From NCBI GenBank assembly GCA_009103225.1, contig RHPI01000401.1, positions 1 through 64,000 on the forward strand: a stretch of DNA of 64,000 bases, read 5' to 3'. Under the pieces are notes generated by a model. The model searched no databases. It worked only from the letters and a program-made list of their open reading frames with translations, and was not told the origin of the DNA. The translations under genes were made by a program, and so were the position numbers. This document shows positions 1 to 9,567 of this stretch, piece after piece; the stretch's first letter is position 1; every line of letters starts with the position of its first letter. The DNA is from Chlorokybus atmophyticus. Taxonomy: Eukaryota; Plantae; Mesostigma and Chlorokybus algae.

Positions 1-26
1 AAGAGAGAAGTTGTAGTGCACGGCGC

Positions 27-344
27 TCAGCGGCTGCATATGCAAGCACTACGTTGCTCGAACTTCCCCCGTGCTCCCACTTCAACACCGGTAATTTTGG
101 GACCCCCCGAGTCCTGATTTTTCACGCCATCTCGTCTGAATAATGATGACTTGATCCGTTTCACGCCTTTTGTCCGTGAATATCCAATGGTTATTGTACT
201 TTCTGTCCCATTCCTGCCAAAAGGAACAGTGTTCTTCACCCGCAAGACGCATTCATATTCAACGTACATACCACTGAACCTCGTTTCAACCCGTACACTT
301 TGCATTTCAAACTGAGTATTTCGTGCATATTCAAGGTCAGTCAA
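27..344 (-). CDS. Possible exon(s) of an unidentified gene at the window edge
   Basis: Open frame with protein-like composition (FEMQSVRVETRFSGMYVEYECVLR) preceded by a CTGAC...CAG acceptor-like signal; no recognisable motif. Confidence 0.2.
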   Translation of the reverse strand: MTDLEYARNTQFEMQSVRVETRFSGMYVEYECVLRVKNTVPFGRNGTESTITIGYSRTKGVKRIKSSLFRRDGVKNQDSGGPKITGVEVGARGKFEQRSACICSR

Positions 345-500
345 GTTGTACTTGATGCACGATATGGTACAATGAATTGTCAGTGCCCAAACAGCAGAAT
401 AATCACCCAGCGTGTGTGGTGCTGGCTACGACTTGCTGCGAAAACCCCGAGTCCTAAATACCATTGCATAGTCACCGTCATATTCAGGGAACATTTAGCA

Positions 501-658
501 TGAAATACACCAAGTCCCAAGTGCCATCGAACATTCAACACCACTTGACAAAACTGCCGATGTGAAATTACACCAAGTGCCAAGTGCCATTGAAAGTTCA
601 ACACCACTTGGCAAAACTGCCGCTGTGAAATTACACTAAGTCCCAAGTGCCATTGAAA
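501..658. repeat. Tandem repeat, about 63-bp unit, about 2.5 copies
   Basis: TGAAAT(T)ACAC(C/T)AAGT(C/G)CCAAGTGCCAT recurs three times about 62-63 bp apart. Confidence 0.85.
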
Positions 659-794
659 AGGCAAGCATGCTAATGGCATGCATTCCAAATTCTATTCTAT
701 TAAGCACAAAGTTAGCTTGGGCTACTATTACACAGCTGGCCAATGAACCTGTGCTTTTGACTACAATTTAGCTATGTACCAACCGCCTGCTACT

Positions 795-2665
795 TCACAT
801 CCGCCGTGACGTTTGCTGTGCTGGCATGCTGTCCATGAGTGTTCGCAGTCGTCTCCTTAAGCTGTCTGCCTCTTTTGGACGAAACCAATCCTTTTGCATC
901 TGCGTTGCACACACCCACACCATCTGGTTGCTCAACACATGTCAACCTACACGACTTTGCACTAAGGCAGCTGCCATATGGAGACATTCCAATGCATGAG
1001 CTGTACCTGCTGAAATATCGGGGCGTTTTGCTCAATCGGACTAGCTTGTATCCCATCTATAAACCTGTCAAGGTAAACAATGACAAACAGCCCGCACGCA
1101 ACTCCATCCCTCTGCTGAGGGACCTGCACGAACACGCTATGTCAATGCGGGCGAACCAAACGTATGTGCATCTACATAGGGATTGTGCTGGGAGAGGGCG
1201 TGACCTCATCACCAGGCCAAAACAACATGTCCTACCTGTGGATCAAGTAGCGGGACGTTTGCGGGAGAGAAGCGCTGTTGCGACTCACTTCCATGCTTCC
1301 TGCCCCACATATAGTTTAGATAAGCGCGCATTGGTCCGTCGACGTTGCGATGTAGACCAAGGGAGTCGAGATGGACGATCAAGGGCGGCGTGTTGCTTCC
1401 AAGTTCCCCTCCAGGATTGCACACCAGCAGCAGACTCCAGTGAGACCTGTGGCATGCAGACTTCAAAGTGAGTCCATGCGAGCAAGTACAGCAGCACTGC
1501 AGTGCGAGAACCTGGCTTCACTCTCACCGGCTGTCTGGGTTGACAATTGCTGCCAGCAAGTTCTTGGAAAACGGATCGTTCTCCCACCTATCTATCCTGT
1601 GATTGCCACTGTGCCAGTTATGTTGTTCATGGCAGTGCACAATTTTAGTGTAGAAGTGCGGGTTGAACAGCCTCACGTGAATGCCTTCAGCTCTGCCCAC
1701 GACCTCCTCTTCCTTATATCTGCGCGTGCGTGTCACATACATGACACAGCTGCACAACACCAACAACGCAAGGCTCATACCTGCAAAAGAAGTGGAGCAC
1801 GGTGTCGTTGAGCTCCTGTCTGCCGTCCAGCAACTTTCTGTCCGCTTCAAACACTGGCACCGCATCACGTGCATTTGCACTAGGGTAAATGAACAGGGGC
1901 ACAGGTGTTGACGCCTCAACTTCAGCACCCGGCCCGTCCAGCACCATGATGTCATCATCGCTGTCAACGAGGTCCACAACTGCTGCAGCCGTCGCGGTTC
2001 CTTGACTTGGGTGCTGGCGACGTTCCCCGTTGGCATCCTCATCATCAAGTTCCATCGGGACTGGCTCTGCAGCGTAAAAAGGTAGGATTATGCAATAAGC
2101 GCCGCAACGCAAACCAAGAAGCGCCGGCACGTTGCTGCTTACCACTCATATCCTCATCCCCGCACTCTTGAACAAAGCTTTTACCCACGCTTTCAGTCGG
2201 TGGTTGTGAAACCCAACCGCTGCTGCCCGGCAGAGAACGACGCGCGAGGCTATCCCTTGGAAGCTGTGCCGGAGCCCCACCTTCTTCGTACGCAGCGCAT
2301 TGCGAGCATGTGACCGAAAAGATGTTACCAACAGCATGACGTTGACAGAGGCTGTTTGGGCATGTCGCGCATACTTATCGAGCTGGTTCATTGCATCTGT
2401 GCACATGGCACCTGCGTTCCAGTGATCATTTTAGAACTTGTTGACTTCAGACACCATGCGTTCACTGGATACTGAAGCTTACTTGTGCCTTGGGCATTCC
2501 CAATGGTCATCTTCCACAGGTGGTACAGTGACGCAGCGTGCGTGGTAGCTCTTCCAGCAGCCTTCTGCATCACAGGCGAATATGCTACCGCCATCCTTGC
2601 AGACAAAGCAATAGTCTTCGTGTTCACGATTCTCCAATGCATCCAGCTCTAGCCCCGGTCTCATC
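795..2665 (-). pseudogene. PHD finger + C5HCH zinc finger + Ulp/SENP (peptidase C48) SUMO protease; one in-frame TAA
   Basis: Phase-compatible GT-AG exons give EDYCFVCKDGGSIFACDAEGCWKSYHARC...WECPRHKCHVHRCNEPAR*VCATCPNSLCQRH, then LFIYP...LNDTVLHFF, FNPHFYTK, SHWSLLLVCNPG, HLDSL, PQQRDGVACGLF and DWFRPKEADSLR. The His-Asp-Cys triad and oxyanion Gln are present. TAA at 2375-2377; final TGA at 795-797. Confidence 0.85.
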
Positions 2666-2919
2666 CTGCAAACCAAGGTCAGGTGCCCAGATCTGCAGTC
2701 ACACAACAGTAGGTATATGCAGCATCACAATAGCAAAGAGTACCTCATGTACTCAAAATGCCAGTCACGGCGTGTGGTTCACGACACCTCGCTCGAAGCA
2801 CTGTTTGTTTCGCTGTGGTCACCCTGCACCATGTGCATGTACACAAGATGGTTGTATGTGATGCCAAGACCCGGGAACTATGAGGACACCCAGATTCTCA
2901 CAAACAAATCTGCTCTCAC

Positions 2920-5900
2920 CGGAGTGAGTCGCGGTGCACACCTCGGCGCATGAGGCTTCGCCTGTCTTTGACAAGCGCTACTGTTATTTTGGTGTCATAC
3001 GGGTCAATACCCTCAAACCACTGGCCCTTGACCTGCCAGCAAGGACATGTATCACCCAATCTCACTCTACCATCAACTCGCAAAAACCGCTGCAACACAC
3101 CTACTTACTAGGTTGCAATCAAGGTAGGTTTGTTCTGCAAAGCGGGGCTTGTCTTTCCTCAGGATTGCAAAGCCTCCCATGTGCTGCACCTGGTTGCTCA
3201 TGTACCACCTCGCTCTGAGGAGCTGGTGCTCCCAACCGGCTACCACGACAACATCAAAAGACTGCACCCTGCCATACCAGTGGACCTTCTTGGTTGGGTC
3301 ATTTGAGTCACGCCCAACGGTAAACACTCCGCAGTCCATAGTGCGGAGCTTCTTCTCAGTGTCCTCCGCTCTGAACTGGCCAATGTCCTTGTAGCGCGCT
3401 CTGTAGTACCTCATAATGTACTTTGGAAACATGGGACCACTCAACAGCTCCATCTCGTGTTGAGTAAGCTCCCTATCAGGTCCACGCCAATGATGCAGCT
3501 CAGTCATGTGCTCCATGTCACTGGTCACGAGATTCCCTTGTGCTTGGGCCCTTTCGCGTGTCTTCCGCCGTTTTTGAACAGCCCGACTGAATTCTCTGTT
3601 TACCAACCCATTGTGGACTCATAATATGCAGGGGACATTGCGTACCAAACAACGATTGCTAAAGCAACTTACTCTTTTAGCTGCCTGTACTCATCGTCAT
3701 TTTCGGCCAACCACCACTCCAGCTCCTGCCTGATCTTGCTATCTTTCTCACACTCAACACGGTGTCTGCGCCCGCAGAGGACATAGTCATCATCATCTCG
3801 CTCCTTGCCCGATCGCAGACTGATGCCGACGAAAAGCCTCTTCAAGGTGTCCATGTAAGTGTTCAACATGAGCTGGATGGAGTATCTGCAGACATAACTT
3901 GCATTTAACACAAGTCAAAGAACGAGAGTACGAAACAGGTTGCATGCAACTTTTAGTTGGCCCAGACTTGCCTTTTGCAGATGCTTGCTTCCACATGCTG
4001 CCTGGCAAAAATCATGCGCTTCACCCACTGCATAAATCGTTCGTCGGCCCACTCCCAGTGATCACGCACCGGACCAAGCCACATGCATTGCTCTGGTAGA
4101 TGGCCAAGGAGGTGCAGCATCATTGTGAGCGAAGTCCGCGGGAAGAGCAGCTCCACCTCAGACTGTGCCTCATGCACCAGCACCTGCGATGAATAATGCA
4201 AGTCATGCAACCTGTAGAAGCTAAGCATACACATGGAAGGTATGGTTAAAGCCCTAACCTGCAGTTCTTCAAGGTGTGACTGCTTCACTTCCAATGCAGT
4301 CAGCCGCTGATAGATGTCGCAGAGTTTGAGGATTGTTTTCTTCTGATCTTCTCCAATGTCATGAGCAGAGCGCAGCACGTACTGGAAAATCACGGACCAC
4401 AAGTTGTGCTTGTCGTGCGATTTCATCGAGCCTGTGTGCTCACTACATCAGATTGTTAAGTAGACACAATGTGCAATGCAAGGACACTGAGTTGATTTGC
4501 ACGCAGTTGAGAACCATGGTGGTTGTCTCACCTAAATGCTTGGTGAAAGATTGCAGCTTAGAGCCGAAAGTGCTTGGAACCCTCACGCCTGAGAGTAATT
4601 GCTCAACCAGCCCTGCATCCGTGATTGCCCATGGAGCCTGAGGTTTGACCTTAACTGCAACTTCCTTTCCGTCTTTCGTCATCATCTCTGTCTGCAACGC
4701 ATCATCACAAAGTCACACGAGTTGGCAGGCAGTCATCACAAGTGTCGCATAAGCCTGCAATACCTGTAGCCAGAGTTCTGGCATACGACCTTGCTGCTGC
4801 AAATCTTCTCGACTCTCATTGCTGTCGCGCAATCCAGCAAGCAGATTGGCCAAATTGGTTGCGAGATTGGCAAGAATGTGCATAGGGCCAATCACATGAC
4901 CTTTTACAGATTTCTGTAAAGGCATCCAATAGGGAAGGTCGTGAAAACAGCTTAGGCCAAGGATTCCGGAGGACTTTGAAGGATGTTTCTTGGAGTGAAG
5001 TGGTCGCTTGCTGTTGCGGGATGTCATGGCGTACCTGATCACATGGCATCCATTGGTGAAGCTTGATTGACATAGCTACGTTCAGCTATGTCAATTGATT
5101 GGTTGCTCACCGGTACACACTTTCTGCAGTCCGCATGGGAGGTGGAGGTCTGTGTTCTGGTTGGGGCCAACGCTCATCAACTCGGTAGGAATGGTCATCT
5201 GGTAAGTACCGGCGGTAGCCTTGATAAATCACCTTTTTAAGGAGTTCCACATGTTCTCCACTGCACTCGCATTTGGAACAGCCAAAGATGGCTCCATGAG
5301 CCATCTGCATGGCTGCTTTTGCCAGAGCTGCGCAACCATCATTACATGTTTCAGAGAAGGCAAACATGGTTGCCATACCAGTCAGATAGTACATTCATAG
5401 ACACTGATGGCCAACACTTGCTGCTTGCGTACCTGGGTAATCATGGATTACAATCTCCAAGATAGATCTGCACCGGAAAACTTCGTCGCGGTGGCTGTCA
5501 TATATGTCGATGCCTACAACAAACACCAGCAGCTGAGATGCCCTACACATTCCAGTCCAGAGCAGTTTAAGAGCATGTTTGATGTATCGAGAGCTGGCTT
5601 GTTTAAACTACATTGAAACCACACCTTCCCAAAGGGTTCCCAACTGGTCAATGATTGGCTTGAGATAGGCCTGTAGATTCTCTGGCTGTTTGGGACCAGG
5701 TATCACCGCAGCTAGAAAGGTAGTGTCGGTCTTGTGCATTTTGGCAATGGGCAGGTTCAGCACAGAGATTGTGACAAGCCAAAATTCATAATTCCCTGCA
5801 AGTCCACACAAACACCTCGATCAATGCCAACTGTGAATTTACACACTGCAATGACAGCACAGGTAAAAGGCACAATCACTACCTTTATGCGGATCTTTGA

Positions 5901-7521
5901 AAGGGCTCATCCCGTCAATAAACATTGCCAGCCGCACATTACGCGGCTCTTTGATAAACCGGATGTAGCGTTCTTCTGTATGCTTGAACATTGGCGAGTC
6001 TGACAGCAGCAACCACATAAATAATAGTAAACATCTAAAAATTCAGGCTGCATTGGGCATCAACTTGTCAATCCACACTGCCATATACATACCGTGTATG
6101 GATCGTATAACCCCATCCTCACTGCGATTGGTGTGCGCTGTCATCTCCAAAGCGACACTAGGCTTTAGGTAAAGAGACCTCAGAGCAGCAGGCACGTCAA
6201 AGTAACGTGCAATCTTCCAAGGAACTTGTCGACCTCCAATGTTGCGGTGGCGAGGAGCCTTGCAGACTGCAGGCCATAGGAAGTTTGCATGCTGACAGGT
6301 GATCCCATGACAACTCAATCACACAAGAAATGCTACAATAGCTGACCTTTGCAGAATTTCCTGTTGGCATGTCGGCCATAATACACCATGTGGTCACAAC
6401 AACAGGCGTCATACGCGTGGAAGCCCATGTTGAGGCTTGCAAGGCATTTCAGTAGCTCTTGCATGCTGCCTGGCATCTGATTCTCCTTGGGCAAAACAAC
6501 ATCACGCACCAACCTGGCACACAAAGTCAAGTTCAATTGGAAATTAAACATTAATGTCTTTGCAGAATGTGTTTTGTATAATTTTGCAAACCTCTTATCC
6601 ACCAACCTTAGCAGTTTGTTCATGAAGTTGAAGGGTATTCGATGTAGCTGAGCGAGAACCAATAGCAGCATGGAAATGCCTAAAGGGGTTGTACGAGAGC
6701 CGGCAACAATAGGGTTGCTTGCATTGTCCAACAGCGCAGCATTCACCTTGTCAAGCAGCATTGCCTCGTCATCACCATGAGTGTCATACTGCTGCGACTC
6801 CACATCGGTATCGGAGTCTTGGTCTACGCCATCACCATCACCATCAACTTGCTCCGCATGTACTTGATTAGCGGTTGAGGGGGAGTGCGCTGGCAAATCA
6901 TGCTCGTGCGGAATTGTGTATTCTGGAGTTCTGGCACCTTGATGTCCTCGCGATACAGGATGCTCACCTTCAGAGAATGCTGGGTGCAATTCGCTCTGTT
7001 CCCCATGATCACACGGATGACATCCTGCCAACGCGAATAAATGCACTGGCACATGGACAATGACGTAAGCAATCAACTTGCAACTAAATTAGGTCGTACC
7101 TGCTGGGCGCATGTGATGTGCAACATTGACATGAGATGCCACACTCGTTTGCGATGGCGTGGCTGGGTGCAGTTGTTCAGCAGCGTAGTTCCATGCATGA
7201 AGTGTTTCGGTGTGATGGACAGCATCATCTGAAGCAGGCAAGCTTGGTAATCAGACAGCCTGTTGATGAAGTACACCAACTCAGGAAGATTACTCTTGTA
7301 CCTGACAGCATGTGCGAGGATGCAGCAGCAATAACAGCGTCAGCCTCTTCAAGTTCATCGGGTTCGAGAAGATTACGGTATTGCGGTTCAACAGCTTTAG
7401 GAGTGCCCATCCACATCCTTGTGCCATGGTACTCATGGTTTTTGGCCCTAGTGATGTGCTTGTGTGTGAACACTTTGCTCCCTTGGCAATCTTCGCAGAA
7501 ACACCTGCGATTGTAGCTCAT
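2920..7521 (-). CDS. CACTA/CMC DDE transposase (Transposase_21 + DUF4218 + DUF4216-like), about 16 exons
   Basis: Manual splicing gives a continuous frame: CKVC, EPRNVRLAMFIDGMSPF (D1), NLP...IPGPKQP...YLKPII, IHDYPA (D2), CSKC, RRYLPDDH, LPYW, PMH, MKSHDKH, HLLGH, WEWADERF (E), WYGRV...ARWY, GQWF..IDPYD. One intron (3971-3886) is GC-AG. The 3' end is uncertain and may continue into the PHD exon. Confidence 0.9.
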
Positions 7522-7809
7522 GCTACAAAGATGTTTAGTCAACTATTATCCTGACATACAACCACCAAACTATCTAGAGCCCTGACCTGATACCGCCGCC
7601 GCCGCCGCTGATACCGCCTTCGCCGCCGCTCTAGCATCGCTGTTGTAGAATTAGGGTTTAAAACCGTCAATCCTAAATTGAAAGCTAGATCCAGTATAAG
7701 CCGCGGCTTCAGTCCGGATGTGCTCCGTAATTTGCGTACGTGCTCCAGTTTTTCTTCCGTGAAGTGCATCAGCTACTAGGGTTTAAATGGTAGGTTGCGT
7801 GGCGGCAGT
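7522..7809. promoter_or_regulatory. Short divergent intergenic region, putative bidirectional promoter with two telo-box-like motifs
   Basis: 288 bp between the transposase ATG (7521, minus) and the methyltransferase ATG (7810, plus). TTAGGGTTT at 7651-7659, TAGGGTTT at 7777-7784, and CCG runs. Confidence 0.4.
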
Positions 7810-9482
7810 ATGCGCGGCGTCAAGGTGTGCAGTTTCTGCAGAGCATACTTGGTTAGAAACGGCAACTTGAAACGGCTGCAACAGCATGAAGAGAAGTGCA
7901 AGCTGTACAGTGAGCAGTATGGCTTCTATGAAGCCTGCTGGCACCATAAGGCCCGGGGAGATAACGTGAGGCAGTGCAGGCTTCTAGCAAAATGCATGAA
8001 GCCAGACTTCTTTGTCGAGGAATGCACTTGCCTGCAATGCTCGCTCTCCAAGTTTGAGTGGGACGGCGAGCCCATGGATCACCTGCCTTGGGCCCGGCCT
8101 GGAGCATATCAGGATGGGCAGGAGTGTGATGTGGTGCGACGTCAGCTCGCGCGCAACGGTCGCGGCAAGTCCACAGTCCAAGATGATCACAACAACAAAG
8201 TGAGTTGAACTGTCCTGTCCTGGCGCACAAACAGCGCTCTCATACGTAAGCAACTCACTCTTCAATGTTGAAGGGGAATGTAGCAGTAGTTGATGCAGTT
8301 GACGATACCGCGATAATAACCGCGTGGCGAAAGGAGATTGTTGATGAGGGGCAGTCTTTGGTAGCAAGCCGCGTCGTGGTATACTGGCTTGGAATGAGCA
8401 CCTGGTATGCAGGCCGCATCATCACTTTCAATGCCAACACAGGTACATGTGTCCAAATAATGCAGAGTATGTGATGTACGTGCGCGTGTTTACGCAAGCA
8501 CTGGCTCAGTAAAACATGTGGCTCAGGAAAACATACCATCAAGTACGACGATTACGATGAGGATCCGCGGCTGCACCACATCTTGTTGAAAAACTGGAAC
8601 ATCGCAGCTGTGCGTGAGGGTTACAACATGCAAGATGTCGTTGCAGTGATGGTTCGAGTTTGTGGTCAAAGCTGTCTGAGACTGCAAGACTTGCCTGGTC
8701 GCGAGCTCGATTATTGGCCCAGGCCACCACCCCTTCTCGTAACTCGCACACCATGCGACTCAAGCGGTAGACGTTACAGGCCACGCGCATTGGATCTCTT
8801 TTGTGGTGCCGGTGGCGTTGCTATGTGTCTGTATAGGGCTGGGTTTGATGTTGAGGGTATAGACATTAAGCCACAGCCGGCATACCCATTCAAGTTCTGC
8901 CAGATGAATGCAATGGACGCTGACCTGTCAGCATACAATGCAGTGTGGGCAAGTCCTCCATGCCAAGCTCTTAGTGGAGCCATTCCCACGACACAACGGT
9001 CCGCATACGGATATCGATGGGATCACGTCAACCTGATTGACCCCATAAGAGCCAAGTTGCAGTCGAGCGGCAAGGCATGGGTGATAGAGAATGTCGCAGG
9101 CGCGTCAGGACACATGACAACTCACCTGAAGCTGTGTGGCAGCATGTTCAAGTTGGATGTGTATCGCCATAGCATCTTCGAGACAAACCCTCTAGTGCGC
9201 TCAGACTTAGAATGCAACCACACTGGTTCTGCACTTGGAGAGCTGGCCACCCACCCGGAGCAGCGCCGGCAGTTGCTACCTGGGGAGAGGCAAATTTACC
9301 CGGTATACGGCCAAGCATCTTGCCGTGGTACGATTGCAGGGTGGCAGTCTGCCATGCAGGTGGAGTGGATGGATGCGGAATCGGAAATCAAGAATGCTAT
9401 TCCACCTACTTACTCTGAACATGTAGGCAGGCTGTTGCTGAAAGCGATAGGTTTCAATGTCGATTACCCTCCTTTTTACTGA
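7810..9482 (+). CDS. Cys-rich N-terminus + Tudor domain + phage/actinobacterial-type DNA (cytosine-5) methyltransferase; 3 exons, about 504 aa
   Basis: Exons 7810-8199, 8274-8442 and 8527-9482 join in frame. Tudor-like LVASRVVVYWLGMSTWYAGRIITFNANTGKHTIKYDD. MTase motifs: I DLFCGAGG, II GIDI, IV ASPPCQ, VI IENV, VIII CGSMF...YRHSIF, IX AMQVEWM, X NAIPPTYSEHVG. Confidence 0.9.
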
Positions 9483-9567
9483 GACACGTAGAGGACTTTG
9501 CAGTTGTAAGCTCTCTTGATTGCCACAGAGGTCTCATTTGTGATCACACCTGCAGAATGGTAAGGTT

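Noticed and set aside
8527-9482. Bacterial or phage contamination explaining the methyltransferase
   Set aside because: It is in frame with intron-separated eukaryotic exons (Tudor) and is contiguous with spliced genes on both sides.
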